From positions 1 to 64,000 of the IMG/VR virus record IMGVR_UViG_3300022848_000014: a stretch of 64,000 nucleotides of DNA; one strand, written 5' to 3'. Positions 29,770-40,178 of this stretch are shown piece after piece. Every line of letters starts with the position of its first letter. Within the stretch, counting starts at the first letter, position 1. The translations under genes and the position numbers were made by a program. Below the pieces are notes generated by a model. It made no database searches. It worked only from the letters and a program-made list of their open reading frames with translations, and was not told the origin of the DNA. Source of the DNA: a virus.

Positions 29770-29970
29770 TCATGATATTATCTCTAGGGAATCTAAGTAA
29801 TGATTGTAGCACGGATCCTCCCAATGCTGGATTTCTGACTTTTCATGGGTATCCTCATCCACCATGTACAAGAGAGTCACCTTTGAAGTATCATACGGAT
29901 AGTATTCAGTTTCATAGAGCTCACCCACTTTCGGGATACGACCATTTGAATGAGTGATCCTTACTATCAT
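29770..29970 (-). CDS. Hypothetical protein
   Basis: Last gene of the minus-strand replication operon. Confidence 0.5.
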   Translation of the reverse strand: MIVRITHSNGRIPKVGELYETEYYPYDTSKVTLLYMVDEDTHEKSEIQHWEDPCYNHYLDSLEIIS

Positions 29971-29974
29971 GATT

Positions 29975-30277
29975 TTATATCTGTTTAGTTTTATTTGATT
30001 TTGAATACCACGTCACTGGATGAAGCTCTTGGCTTTCTTCCCTCTGAAGTGCGGTTAATAGTTGCGACCTGTAAACCTCAACATGAAATCGAAACATTCT
30101 AGTATTTCCCTTGATTGGTTTCTTTACCGCTGAAGCAACGTGGTAGACACTGTTTGATTGCTTCTGACCTATAGCTACAAGAAAATCATCTTCTTTTACA
30201 CCTCCTTTCCATACAGGCATGTCGATATAAAGCTTTCTTAATCGATCAGGCATTTTATTTTTGTTTTTCAAGTTCAA
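29975..30277 (-). CDS. Hypothetical protein
   Basis: ORF track. Confidence 0.55.
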   Translation of the reverse strand: MNLKNKNKMPDRLRKLYIDMPVWKGGVKEDDFLVAIGQKQSNSVYHVASAVKKPIKGNTRMFRFHVEVYRSQLLTALQREESQELHPVTWYSKSNKTKQI

Positions 30278-30644
30278 TGTCTAATGCCTTTTTCGCTGCG
30301 GTCATTGTAGTTTTGGATGCGTTGTAAATTAATCGATAGACACTACGATCTATGTATATCTTACAGAGACTTTGGAATCGATGTTGGATTTGTGCTGTAA
30401 GATTATTCAGTAAATCAAACCTATGCTGTGCGTAATTCTCAAGCATTGCCAGTATTTTTAGCTTGAAGTTAATACTTACCTCTGAGTCGATCCACTGAGG
30501 ATTATTCTTGTTCTCATAAAGGTGTTTGACTGAATCTTGCAAGTCCAAAAGGAATACAAATATTTCCTCTGGCTCGTCAGTTTCCTGAAGCCACTTTTGC
30601 TTCTCCTTCGCGTAATCCGTATCTATTTTATCTTGTATTATCAT
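30255..30644 (-). CDS. Hypothetical protein
   Basis: ORF track; coupled to neighbours. Confidence 0.6.
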   Translation of the reverse strand: MIIQDKIDTDYAKEKQKWLQETDEPEEIFVFLLDLQDSVKHLYENKNNPQWIDSEVSINFKLKILAMLENYAQHRFDLLNNLTAQIQHRFQSLCKIYIDRSVYRLIYNASKTTMTAAKKALDIELEKQK

Positions 30645-30991
30645 GATATTTTGTAGTCTATTAATTGACTCTTTCTGTAAAAAAATGGCTCTACGTCTTC
30701 ATCCATGTCAAAAAGTCTCATTATCACTTCGCCATCGTCATCAACGGCAAACCCATCACACTTTTTAATGGTCATTCCACCTTCTACAAAAAGGGTAATA
30801 ATTTTACCGTTCACACCTGGATACTCTTTGCTTCCAAGTATTTGGGCCAACTCGTCTCTTCTCATTGTTTTAAGCTCGATAATAAAGTGGAGCTTCTTTA
30901 AAGTGATCTCTGCGCTACTTGCCATTTGTCTAATAAGTTTTTGCTGCTTGTGCTTGAATAAAACTCTTCGCTGTCGTGTAACTTTTTCCAT
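30641..30991 (-). CDS. Hypothetical protein
   Basis: ORF track; overlaps the primase 3' end. Confidence 0.55.
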   Translation of the reverse strand: MEKVTRQRRVLFKHKQQKLIRQMASSAEITLKKLHFIIELKTMRRDELAQILGSKEYPGVNGKIITLFVEGGMTIKKCDGFAVDDDGEVIMRLFDMDEDVEPFFYRKSQLIDYKIS

Positions 30992-32166
30992 GTTTCTCTG
31001 ACTTCTATGAATTGTCTGGATAAGCCAAAATTCATAGACAATTCTATTGCCTTTATGTTTTTCAAATGAGGGTTTTCAATACTCTCAAGGTAATTCACCA
31101 TTGTATCGAAGAACTGTCCATCAAGTTCGTTGTCTTTTGCCAAAAATGATATGCCCCCAACCGATTGGCTAAAGTCATACTTTAAATGCTCTTTTAAATA
31201 GTCATCTGGGTCTAAGTTCTCTGGCATTGGAAGGAATTTTGGTTCCACACCTGAGTCTAGGAATAACCGAACGACTCTACTAGTTGCTTTTATACCTGCT
31301 TTGTCCCCATCATAGATGATTGTCCAATTCTTAGTCAATCTGAGGCATTCTTTTATCTGACCCTCAGTGAAAGACGTACCTAAAGGACAAAGGGTATTCT
31401 CATGCTTGTATTCATGCGAGGTGATAACGTCAGGGTTTCCTTCGAGCAGTATTCCATGATCTAACTTAACGATTGCGGACCTGGATTCAAAGATTCCATA
31501 CAAAACGTTTGATTTAACGAATAGCTCAGTTTCTCTGCCATTGATATACTTGTACTCCTTGCCACCATCGATTCTTCTACCAGTGAATGATATGATAGAC
31601 CCACTTCTTGATCTTATTGGAAAAATGAGCCTCCCACGCATTAAATTGTGCCCATTTTCACTGATGAGCCCACAGTTTTTGAAATGGCGATCATAATCTG
31701 CAGACGGAGTCATTGGGCAGTAGCCCAGTGCCCACTTTTTAATTTGCTCTTGACTAAAGCGGGAAGCGTATTTCTGCGCTGAAGCCGACTGTTCAAGTAA
31801 TGAGATAAAATAAGCTGACAGAATAGAAGCTGAAGCTTGTATCTGGGATCTTTTGGTTAAAAGTTCTTGAGGCACATCGTCCCCTAGTTCGATCCCGTAC
31901 ATTTCACCTAAGAAACGCATGGCATCTGGATACTCAAGCCCCTCCATTTCCTCTACAAGAGTAATTGCATCACCACCCTTTCCCGACGAGAAATCCTTAA
32001 ATATTTGCTTCGATGGGGAGAATAGGCAGCTTGCAGTGTCTTCATCACCAAAGGGTGACAAGCACTTCCAATTCGCGCCAGACTTAACCAGATTGAGATT
32101 GTAATGCCTTGCCACCTCTAGGATGTCTAGCTTTTCGCTTAATTCTGCCAGCTTTATGTGATTCAC
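30898..32166 (-). CDS. dnaG: DnaG-type DNA primase
   Basis: Degenerate Zn-finger SPF..E.T.S.....KQIFKDFSSGKGGD, RLIFPI, KYIN..ET, TOPRIM EG..DV and YDGDKAG, DPDD. Confidence 0.95.
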   Translation of the reverse strand: MNHIKLAELSEKLDILEVARHYNLNLVKSGANWKCLSPFGDEDTASCLFSPSKQIFKDFSSGKGGDAITLVEEMEGLEYPDAMRFLGEMYGIELGDDVPQELLTKRSQIQASASILSAYFISLLEQSASAQKYASRFSQEQIKKWALGYCPMTPSADYDRHFKNCGLISENGHNLMRGRLIFPIRSRSGSIISFTGRRIDGGKEYKYINGRETELFVKSNVLYGIFESRSAIVKLDHGILLEGNPDVITSHEYKHENTLCPLGTSFTEGQIKECLRLTKNWTIIYDGDKAGIKATSRVVRLFLDSGVEPKFLPMPENLDPDDYLKEHLKYDFSQSVGGISFLAKDNELDGQFFDTMVNYLESIENPHLKNIKAIELSMNFGLSRQFIEVRETWKKLHDSEEFYSSTSSKNLLDKWQVAQRSL

Positions 32167-32168
32167 GT

Positions 32169-33767
32169 CTATAGATTTAAATCATCTAGTGAATCATTAA
32201 GGAACTCGTCTAATGCTTCATTGGACATCTCAAGCATAGCGTCATCAACATCTAAGGCTGAGTCTGGGAACTTAGTATTGTATTTATCTTCAAAAGTCGG
32301 GAAGAGTCTACCATCTTTCTCAGCAAAAGCCCGCATAACTTTATGCAACAACTTATGGTGTCTCGGCTTATCAGGACTCCCATCACCCCATATAATACCC
32401 ATTCTATTGCCTGAAACTTCGGCTATATCTGGGGTTCCTTTGTCTTCGGGAAGCTCTGAAGATTTTTGTGGCAGGTGTGGTCTCTCCGTTGCTTTCTCAG
32501 TGTTTCTCTCTTCTCGTTTCAACTCAACCTCTGGATACTTTTTTATAAAGAAAGCCTCCATTTGATTTTCGTCTTCCGCAAAAGTTTCAGTAAGCTCAAG
32601 CAAGCGTCCAGTGGTTTTTCGTCCAGGGATTTTATCGACCCATCCCAAAAGAGCTGCAGGTGCTTTTGCATTAAGGAAGGTGATCATTTCCCCCCCATTG
32701 TCACACTGCTTAACAAGTTCGTGCCATGGTGGTGTTCCCTCGTTTTCTTTCGTCTCTTGAAATGGATCAGTACCATTGGGACTCTGTTCAAAGCGAAGCT
32801 TAAGTGCTCTTCCTTCCTCAATCGTTCCTGTCACTGGATTCCCAAGGTTATAACTGTTCTCATCAAGACTCTCTAAATCTTGTATTGATAAGTTGTCAGT
32901 TTCTGGCGCATAAGACCATATTTTCCCCTCAAAGACCCCCTTAAGTTGTGGTTCTTGTGAGATGTGACCACCCGCATCTTCGGTCTTTCCTTTTACTCTG
33001 TCAACTAATTTCTTAGTCACACTACCATTCTCCTTCTCCTGCTTGGTGGCTTCTGACATGTCCATCTCATGTCCATTTAACTTCACAGTATTACCCAGAC
33101 CTTTTTTGTAGTCCGTGTACTCTTCGGTCAAGACAATGTTGCGTAGGATGTCACCAAAAAAGTCACGCACAACAAATCCTAAGGCTCGGTACATGCACAT
33201 TCTTTCGGGATAGTCCCTCCAAAATTCAGAATCCTTGCCTTTAAGATCTGGATTGTAGAGTCCTGCTTTCTTCGCGTCTTCAATAGAGTAAGACCTTTCA
33301 AACGTAACTTCTGAACCCCCTATCTTTCTTTTCCCAGAAATGTAAAAAGTAAAACTACCATCTCTAATTGAGCCTTTGTAGTTTTCGTTCCATGCAAGGA
33401 CAGCCCCAGAAGCAAATATTTTGGCCTTAGCAATGTCGCCTTTGATCATAAAGCGACCATCACCAGTTGGGATGACTTGGCCAATAGACTCTGCCCATCC
33501 AAATCCGTTTTCAATACCGAATTCAATTACTGAAGCAATGATCCCTACTTTATTCTCAGAAGTCGCTATACGATCTGGGAGGGGTACATTGCTTGCAAGC
33601 CATTTTAGAAGCTTCTCGTAGTCTTCTAATGTTTCAACAGTTGTTAGTCGGGTGCTGATAAACCCTTTGTGTTCATTATGCATCATAGTTATTTGATTTA
33701 TTTGTAACATATTGAGGTGTTGATATTTTTTAATTACATCTGGGTCAAATTGTAATGGTATCTTCAT
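32169..33767 (-). CDS. RecT-like single-strand annealing protein with long C-terminal extension
   Basis: YSIEDAKKAGL, W..YPERM..YRALGF..RD.F.D.L motifs; near YqaJ exonuclease. Confidence 0.75.
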   Translation of the reverse strand: MKIPLQFDPDVIKKYQHLNMLQINQITMMHNEHKGFISTRLTTVETLEDYEKLLKWLASNVPLPDRIATSENKVGIIASVIEFGIENGFGWAESIGQVIPTGDGRFMIKGDIAKAKIFASGAVLAWNENYKGSIRDGSFTFYISGKRKIGGSEVTFERSYSIEDAKKAGLYNPDLKGKDSEFWRDYPERMCMYRALGFVVRDFFGDILRNIVLTEEYTDYKKGLGNTVKLNGHEMDMSEATKQEKENGSVTKKLVDRVKGKTEDAGGHISQEPQLKGVFEGKIWSYAPETDNLSIQDLESLDENSYNLGNPVTGTIEEGRALKLRFEQSPNGTDPFQETKENEGTPPWHELVKQCDNGGEMITFLNAKAPAALLGWVDKIPGRKTTGRLLELTETFAEDENQMEAFFIKKYPEVELKREERNTEKATERPHLPQKSSELPEDKGTPDIAEVSGNRMGIIWGDGSPDKPRHHKLLHKVMRAFAEKDGRLFPTFEDKYNTKFPDSALDVDDAMLEMSNEALDEFLNDSLDDLNL

Positions 33768-34480
33768 TAAAACGGAAGGTCATCTGGTGGCATACTTTCA
33801 TGGTTGGGCAAGTCCATACCCGTCTCTTGCTTGCCTGGCGTACCCGAAAATGATCTATCTTCAGGTAATGCATCTAAAGCTGGGGCTGGTTTTGCTGCCG
33901 GACCATCACGATCTGGAATACCAGGGCAATTTGGCTTGATCTTTTCCGCAATGATCTTCTCCATCATTTCATTTATTGCAGTATGATCGTATACGTCTTT
34001 GCCGTTGATGACATGCTTTGTTGATTTTGGCAATTGATCCATACTCCATCTCCAACCATACATACCGTCTTTACCGCTTGTACCAGGTTCCCGAACACAA
34101 AGGGAACTGTATCCACTCTTGTTCTCGTAGACACTAATATTAAGCTCCTTTCCTGCCTTGATTTCTGCTTCACAAGCGGATAGAGTGTTTATCAAAGACC
34201 TCCCAAGCATTGAGAAGCTAGAGTCAACTTTGTGGATCGGTTCATCCTCGCCAAAATCAAATGAGAATACAATTTTCTTGTACTCTTCTCCTTTTTGGCT
34301 TTTCTGGGACTTCACCTCAATATCAACCAACTTACCCTCTATGTAAGAGTAGTTTTCAATGGGTGTCCATTTGCCCTCCAATTTTGCTAGTTCAGAGAAA
34401 TATGTTTTCTTTTCCAGCTTGTCAAACCTGAGTTGTAGAAAGACAAACTTGTTACCTGCTGAGTTACCTTTTCCTGCCAT
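33767..34480 (-). CDS. Putative single-stranded DNA-binding protein
   Basis: OB-like N-terminus and acidic DDLPF C-terminal tail. Confidence 0.7.
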   Translation of the reverse strand: MAGKGNSAGNKFVFLQLRFDKLEKKTYFSELAKLEGKWTPIENYSYIEGKLVDIEVKSQKSQKGEEYKKIVFSFDFGEDEPIHKVDSSFSMLGRSLINTLSACEAEIKAGKELNISVYENKSGYSSLCVREPGTSGKDGMYGWRWSMDQLPKSTKHVINGKDVYDHTAINEMMEKIIAEKIKPNCPGIPDRDGPAAKPAPALDALPEDRSFSGTPGKQETGMDLPNHESMPPDDLPF

Positions 34481-34965
34481 TAGATTAAATTTTTAGCGTA
34501 GTGCGCCATTAATAGTGCGTCTACTTTAGGGTTAGTGAATTTTATGTGTGGATATAATCGTTCGGCTATCTGACGTAGCCTGTTTTTGTGTTCTACTTTA
34601 CTCTCTCCTTTTACAACGACAAGCCCTATGGCTTTCTGCCATGTTCGCGGAGTAACCATGTGTGTTTCTGCTTGGACTATCTCAGCAAACATTTTGCATT
34701 TACCGTTATTTTCACCAAAACTGAAGGAAGATACTACCCCCTGCTTTGGCATTGCGTGAACCTTTTCCATTACGCACCGAATACCCATGACTTTTGAATA
34801 TGGTCGCCATGTCTGGGCAAACAACACTAAGTCACGTTCTGTTGGCTTCTTACTGAATTCAAAAAATGTGCATTCGCTGGGAGTCACCATGTCATTAATA
34901 ACAGCGATACAGCCGCTACTCCCCCCTGGGTCTATTCCAATGTTGATTGAGTGTGATTGAGTCAT
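34480..34965 (-). CDS. RuvC-like Holliday junction resolvase
   Basis: IGIDPG, EKVHAMPKQGVVSSFSFG, P.TWQK, DALLMA. Confidence 0.85.
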   Translation of the reverse strand: MTQSHSINIGIDPGGSSGCIAVINDMVTPSECTFFEFSKKPTERDLVLFAQTWRPYSKVMGIRCVMEKVHAMPKQGVVSSFSFGENNGKCKMFAEIVQAETHMVTPRTWQKAIGLVVVKGESKVEHKNRLRQIAERLYPHIKFTNPKVDALLMAHYAKNLI

Positions 34966-35215
34966 GTACTAATATTCTGGTTGGTGTAATTGATCTTATG
35001 ATTCCTAATTCTGTGTCTGCAACTAATCCTATGATTTCCGATAGCTGATGAGTGCCCCCGTGTCCGTCCCCTATGAGTGTAATTTCATTGCCCCAGTGAA
35101 GGAATGTCCCTAGTCTTGGTAAGAATCCACTCTTTGGGTCATAATCTTCATACTGGGTATCAATCTCATCGTAATCGTCAGTCCATAGGTAATAGACTAG
35201 ATCTCCTTCGATCAT
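34916..35215 (-). CDS. Hypothetical protein
   Basis: ORF track. Confidence 0.55.
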   Translation of the reverse strand: MIEGDLVYYLWTDDYDEIDTQYEDYDPKSGFLPRLGTFLHWGNEITLIGDGHGGTHQLSEIIGLVADTELGIIRSITPTRILVHDSITLNQHWNRPRGE

Positions 35216-36372
35216 AGGTTAAAGTCTAGTTTACTGACATTTCCCTTCAATTCCTTTTCGTCGAATTCTTCGCCAATTTTGGTGGTCATCATGTTGGATT
35301 TACCCATTCTTAAATATCCATCATCAAAGACTATTTCGCGCACCTGATTGTCTACCAATAAACCCATGAGTTCATTATATCGACGGTCTTGCATCTGCTT
35401 GATAACCTTGCCGTACTTTTTGGCTAATTCATATTGACGAAGCTTGGTGTAAGACTTAAATGTGCCTTTCATGTAAGAACGCTCACGCTGGAATTTACCA
35501 GATTTCCATCTTCTGTATGCCTCTGTGCTGTTCGGTCCTGGCTGAAGGTTGTCGATTGCCTCATAAAGCTTTGCGGCCTCAGAAACACGTCCTTTTGCCT
35601 CGGCTTGCCTTGCTTCCATAAAGAATCTACGGGCAGGTAACACGCGATTAAACCACCAATCTTTGGAAACTTCTATGATGATTTCAGCAAGTTCTTTATC
35701 ACGTTCATAATACCTGACGCTAAAGTGTTGACCAGCTTTCTTGATTGCAATCTCAGCATAATCAGATTCAGTTACCACCATTTGTTGATGAAGCTGAATC
35801 ACATATTGAGTAGGCATCCCAGTCTCATACCCTTTACCAGTGTACTCACCAATCGTTTTGATTTCTAAAGGTGCCGCCTTTAATAGTGGCTCTCCCGTGA
35901 TCATGTTTGCGGACCCAGGGGCAATAGCCATATCTAAACTTGAAAAAAGCCAAGGCATTTTTTGATTGACTAAGTAGTATTTAGTCTCAAGTGACTTTCT
36001 GATTAGGTACTGATCTAATTTACCTGAGTCAATCCATTTCTTGTGGTTGGCAATATAACCCTCAGGGGTTCCATCCCAAAATTGCCATACTTCACCAATA
36101 ATGGGTTCATCGGTATGGCCCCAGAATGTAAGTTGATTACTAAATTCTACTGGTGTCTCCCTGCCAATCTTATGCTCAAACATTTCAGCAGGAGATGGTG
36201 CGTATTCATTGATCGGTAGTCCCGTATCAACATCTTCAATAAGCTTTGCCATTTCTGAAGCACCAATACCCCCAGGGTAATCGGGTATGCCAGTTGTTCT
36301 AAATCTGAACCACTCAGGGCTATGTGCTTTTATAGCGAACTTGTGAAAATGATCTTCTGTAAATATTTCCAT
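35212..36372 (-). CDS. YqaJ-like (lambda exonuclease family) recombination nuclease
   Basis: EW...R...IGASE, WGH..EP, SLD, LEIKT, Y..QLHQQM. Confidence 0.88.
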   Translation of the reverse strand: MEIFTEDHFHKFAIKAHSPEWFRFRTTGIPDYPGGIGASEMAKLIEDVDTGLPINEYAPSPAEMFEHKIGRETPVEFSNQLTFWGHTDEPIIGEVWQFWDGTPEGYIANHKKWIDSGKLDQYLIRKSLETKYYLVNQKMPWLFSSLDMAIAPGSANMITGEPLLKAAPLEIKTIGEYTGKGYETGMPTQYVIQLHQQMVVTESDYAEIAIKKAGQHFSVRYYERDKELAEIIIEVSKDWWFNRVLPARRFFMEARQAEAKGRVSEAAKLYEAIDNLQPGPNSTEAYRRWKSGKFQRERSYMKGTFKSYTKLRQYELAKKYGKVIKQMQDRRYNELMGLLVDNQVREIVFDDGYLRMGKSNMMTTKIGEEFDEKELKGNVSKLDFNL

Positions 36373-36854
36373 ATTCTGTCGAATTGTGGTTTTAGTAATT
36401 TTAATTGTGCCTTGCGAATCTCTAAGTTCAAGCCATTTTCATCAGCTATTCCTAATTCATTGCAATCGGTTACAAACATATCAAAATCTTGGTTAATATT
36501 CAGGAAAGCGGTTGGATTATTATCCAAAGCCTCAATAGACATTCTATTCGTCCAAATATGTTCTACCAATCTGGAACAACTTTGACTCTGGTCGAATATT
36601 ACAAGGAGTGCTTCCATTTCTTTGTCCCACTTCTCAGTCTCATAAATGTATGCCTCAAGCTGGTGCCTTTGTTCCGCTGGTATTGCTTCAAGATCATATT
36701 TATTTTGTGCTGCCTTTCTTTTAGCAATCAATTCAATCTTAGTTCTTAGATACTGGGTTTTGAAATGACTAATGCTTGCGCTTAATTGGGCGTGAACACT
36801 AACATCAATGCTTTGATCACCAAAATATCGATTCTTGTATTTTATTTGATCCAT
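36330..36854 (-). CDS. Hypothetical protein
   Basis: ORF track. Confidence 0.6.
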   Translation of the reverse strand: MDQIKYKNRYFGDQSIDVSVHAQLSASISHFKTQYLRTKIELIAKRKAAQNKYDLEAIPAEQRHQLEAYIYETEKWDKEMEALLVIFDQSQSCSRLVEHIWTNRMSIEALDNNPTAFLNINQDFDMFVTDCNELGIADENGLNLEIRKAQLKLLKPQFDRIWKYLQKIIFTSSL

Positions 36855-37171
36855 TTTTTTAGGTCTTTGATTAGATTGTTTAGCTCATCCCTCTTTGCTT
36901 CTAGGGTTATTTCGTCTTTTTTAAGTTTGCTGTTTTCTAGTTCCAATTCAGAAATTTGCTTCTGCATCATAACGAATGTGGCCTGACACCTAGAGATGTA
37001 CTGAAAACTATAATCAAGAGCACCTAAAGCTTCTTTCTTTCGCTCAAAGGCAGGGGCTTCATTAATAGCTTTGACAGCCGCTTGGTGGTACTGCCTCACC
37101 GATTCCATTTTAAGTAAGTCAGTGTTTGTCTCTGCGGATATAAATTGGTCAAATGGCATTCCTTCGCTCAT
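36842..37171 (-). CDS. Hypothetical coiled-coil protein
   Basis: ORF track. Confidence 0.6.
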   Translation of the reverse strand: MSEGMPFDQFISAETNTDLLKMESVRQYHQAAVKAINEAPAFERKKEALGALDYSFQYISRCQATFVMMQKQISELELENSKLKKDEITLEAKRDELNNLIKDLKKWIK

Positions 37172-38000
37172 TGTTCATCGCTTTTTGCCTCTTGGCTGGT
37201 TCTTTTTTAGTTAGGATTTTCTTTGCCGCTTTGACAGAATCCCTAAGTTCTGCGGGTATATTTGCTTGCTGGAAAAATGTTGCATTGTGATCCATTTGAT
37301 CAAGAAAATCAAGTTGGTCTCTGGACATACCTTCTATGATCCTTTTACCATCCGTTGTCCACATGTAGTGATCTTCCTTGAGTATTCGCCCAATGACAGG
37401 GTGTTTATGCTGATTGGCCATCCTCTTCAAGATAGAGGTGTACATATCTTGATCGGTTGTTGGTCTAATCATTTTATGCTGCAACATTTTAGCTATAACT
37501 ATTTTGTAGTGGTCTTTAGAGTATGGCCCACCAAAGGAGTTAACGAGGTTGTAGCTGATGCTATGTATTTTCCAGAATTTCACCGCTTGCAGATATGTGT
37601 TGTACATACCCAGAATAATTAAGAAGTGGTCTGTAGTGAGCTTAAAATGCCGACTCTGAAATTTAGCTTTTAAGAAAGGTACTGAAGCGAAATTGATAAA
37701 TATAGGGTTGCGCTGATGTCTGTTGACTTTCTTTTTCAATTCATGGTATGACTCTGCCATGCATTGTCGCTTTACCGCAAACCTAAAAGCTCCCTTGTAG
37801 GTATCAAACTCATCTTTGAATTTACACTTACCTAGAATGTGGCCATACCTCACAGCATACTGATGTGCATTTGGGTCCACAGCAGGATCAATCTTTCCGA
37901 ATTTCATGTAAACGGATTTGTCCATGTAAATTTTACGCAGGTAATGGGCACTTATTCTACGGTAAATCAAGTGCTTTTCCAACGGAGTTAGCTTTGCCAT
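37149..38000 (-). CDS. Hypothetical basic protein
   Basis: 283 aa ORF overlapping the helicase end. Confidence 0.65.
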   Translation of the reverse strand: MAKLTPLEKHLIYRRISAHYLRKIYMDKSVYMKFGKIDPAVDPNAHQYAVRYGHILGKCKFKDEFDTYKGAFRFAVKRQCMAESYHELKKKVNRHQRNPIFINFASVPFLKAKFQSRHFKLTTDHFLIILGMYNTYLQAVKFWKIHSISYNLVNSFGGPYSKDHYKIVIAKMLQHKMIRPTTDQDMYTSILKRMANQHKHPVIGRILKEDHYMWTTDGKRIIEGMSRDQLDFLDQMDHNATFFQQANIPAELRDSVKAAKKILTKKEPAKRQKAMNNERRNAI

Positions 38001-38943
38001 CTATTTGCTTGGGGTATAAGTTAATTCCTAATTTCTTCTGATAGTATCTGTGCCTTTTTGCATCCCACTTAACGATGACCCGCTTAACGTAAGACCCCTG
38101 CTCTTTTACTTCTTCAGGCTTCTGCTTACCATAGAGTATGACCGAATCATTTTGCTCGTAGGGAAAGCCAGGTTCGATGTCAAGGTAGGTTGGTGGCCTC
38201 CATATTCCAATCATTGCCATTCCCCGTCGAAACCACTCTTGGCCATGGGCTAATTCTTGAGGGTCTGGCGCTGGATAATAGAGCTGCATTTGGCCATCTA
38301 TCTTAATTGCTACTTTTTTCTGGTCACGTAAATGGACAACTACAATGTTGTAGCGCATTTTCTTGTCTGCATTTTTCCGTATCCAGATCAATTCCTTCTG
38401 AAGGACAATATCTCGACTGGGTTGTGATCTCCAATCTATCTCAAGCTCATCAATCGGATCGACAAGTGTTATCTGGAATTCAATACCAAGTTCTTTCTCT
38501 ACTTGATCCACTCTATTATACCAGTCTCTTAAGGCAACTTGCTCTTCAGTTCCCTTTTCCTCGTGGTCCAGGATAACGAAGTGCTCATAGACAAATGCTT
38601 CAGCAGTCATCCTTTCGGTCTTCGTCATTTGATTATTGAAGGTGTCGATGTAGTCTTTCTCTGCTACCATCTCTGCAAGCTTCCTATAGATAGTGGCTGG
38701 CTTACCGGTCTCTGGGGACATTAGTATTGTCTTCATACCATATAGGATAGCCATATCAATAAGTAGGTCAAAGACCCATTGGGTTTTACCCGTATGCGGT
38801 GGGCCGTACACGTAGAGTGTAGTACCAAGGACTACGGAGAATGGTTCGTGATAAACCTTAAGGGACTGCTTGTATCCACGTCCCACACCCTCATCGTATA
38901 CCTTGTGCATTGTATCTCTGTGCTCGTCTAGTCTGCTAAACAT
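37957..38943 (-). CDS. DnaB/RecA-fold replicative helicase
   Basis: Walker A GPPHTGKT, SPE, LVDP Walker B, VVH, KQKP. Confidence 0.8.
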   Translation of the reverse strand: MFSRLDEHRDTMHKVYDEGVGRGYKQSLKVYHEPFSVVLGTTLYVYGPPHTGKTQWVFDLLIDMAILYGMKTILMSPETGKPATIYRKLAEMVAEKDYIDTFNNQMTKTERMTAEAFVYEHFVILDHEEKGTEEQVALRDWYNRVDQVEKELGIEFQITLVDPIDELEIDWRSQPSRDIVLQKELIWIRKNADKKMRYNIVVVHLRDQKKVAIKIDGQMQLYYPAPDPQELAHGQEWFRRGMAMIGIWRPPTYLDIEPGFPYEQNDSVILYGKQKPEEVKEQGSYVKRVIVKWDAKRHRYYQKKLGINLYPKQIDGKANSVGKALDLP

Positions 38944-39111
38944 TTATTTAGTTAGTTTTTTTTCCACTTTTTCAATCCAAATAACAACATCCATAAGATC
39001 ACAAGTGGGTATTCCTCGATCACATTCTGAGTCATAATTATTAATACGCCTCATAAGTTCATCCTTAAACTTTTGAGCCGATACATTTTTTAATTTCTTC
39101 TTCATGATTAA

Positions 39112-39196
39112 CATATTTCTCCGTAAGTACTCCGAAAGACGTTGCTCAACAGTCGCTTAATGCCATTCGAAGAGAACGGCACGAAGCTTAGTGTTA
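39112..39196 (-). repeat. 85-bp inverted repeat, partner of 54783-54867
   Basis: Reverse complement matches 54783-54867 with 2 mismatches. Confidence 0.95.
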
Positions 39197-39199
39197 GCT
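39144..39199 (-). mobile_element. attC-like site E
   Basis: Minus strand AGCTAAC-ACTAAGCTTCGTGCCGTTC TCTTC GAATGGCATTAAGCGACT-GTTGAGC, imperfect palindrome. Confidence 0.7.
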
Positions 39200-39206
39200 G
39201 CAAGTG

Positions 39207-40040
39207 CTACGTTCCAGTTTTAATTGAAAGTTCGTACATATCAGCCGTAATAATATTTTTTTCTCCCACCCTCTCTTTTGAGATTTGATACATATCAAAA
39301 TCATTTTCAATGCCAATGTAGTTTCTTTTTGTTTCAAAACAAGAAAGTCCAGTTGTATTACTTCCGCAAGTATTATCAAGAACCCAATCATTTTCATTTG
39401 AGTAGGTTTTAACAAGGTATTTAATCAACTCCAGTGGTTTTTGAGTTGGATGTAATGCTGATTTTTGTTTATCAGTAGCAAAACTCAAAACACTTTTCGG
39501 GTATCGTTCTGTACTATCATAAGTTGTAAGCCCATGTTCACCATAGTTAGTAGTCTTTTTAGAGTTTCTTTTATGCTTTGCTGTGCTTACCTTTCTTTCG
39601 TGTCCAGTAGTCTTTTGTGGGTTATACGTTGGTAATCTCTTGTAGAATACCAGTATGTCTTCGTGGCTTCTCAATGGCATTCTTTTAGCGTTTAAGTGTC
39701 CTGTTGGGGTTGTTTTTTGCCAAATTAGATTATATCTATGTAGCTTCTCATTTGAGAGCATCAACCTTGCAGAAAATTTATCCTGTCCGAAAAGAACTAT
39801 TGCCCCATTTTTAACTATTATTCTTTCGTATTGCTCCCAAAGTAAATTCAAATCAATGAGTGAATCCCATTTATTCTTAGTTACACCATAAGGTAAATCA
39901 CAACAAATTAGGTTTATGCTTTGGTCGGGTATTTGTTTCATCATCTGAAGGCAGTCTCCAAACCAAAGAATGTTTTTGGTTTTTTCAAAACCATCTTTGC
40001 CACCGCTCAAAAAAATATTATTACTACGTTCGTTTTTCAT
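39207..40040 (-). CDS. DNA N6-adenine/N4-cytosine methyltransferase (beta class)
   Basis: GDCL..M, CDLPYG, HPTQKP, VLDNTCGS.TT, YIGIE. Confidence 0.92.
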   Translation of the reverse strand: MKNERSNNIFLSGGKDGFEKTKNILWFGDCLQMMKQIPDQSINLICCDLPYGVTKNKWDSLIDLNLLWEQYERIIVKNGAIVLFGQDKFSARLMLSNEKLHRYNLIWQKTTPTGHLNAKRMPLRSHEDILVFYKRLPTYNPQKTTGHERKVSTAKHKRNSKKTTNYGEHGLTTYDSTERYPKSVLSFATDKQKSALHPTQKPLELIKYLVKTYSNENDWVLDNTCGSNTTGLSCFETKRNYIGIENDFDMYQISKERVGEKNIITADMYELSIKTGT

Positions 40041-40073
40041 ATCAAAGTTTTGTGTTTAAAATCCGCACCAGTC

Positions 40074-40168
40074 AGCTAACATGGTATATAAAAAATAGCC
40101 TATTAAAGTTCGGTGTATAATATCAATGTTTGTGGTCAGGCTACTTTTCATATACCTGTCCGTTAGCA
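40074..40168 (-). mobile_element. attC-like site D
   Basis: TGCTAAC..GGTATATGAAAAGTAGCCT...AGGCTATTTTTTATATACC.T-GTTAGCT on the minus strand. Confidence 0.75.
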
Positions 40169-40178
40169 ACAATAAAAA

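Noticed and set aside
39194-39415. Alternative-frame 73-aa ORF in the N6/N4 MTase
   Set aside because: Its KKILLR similarity to the C5 MTase tail reflects the shared cassette shell, not a separate gene
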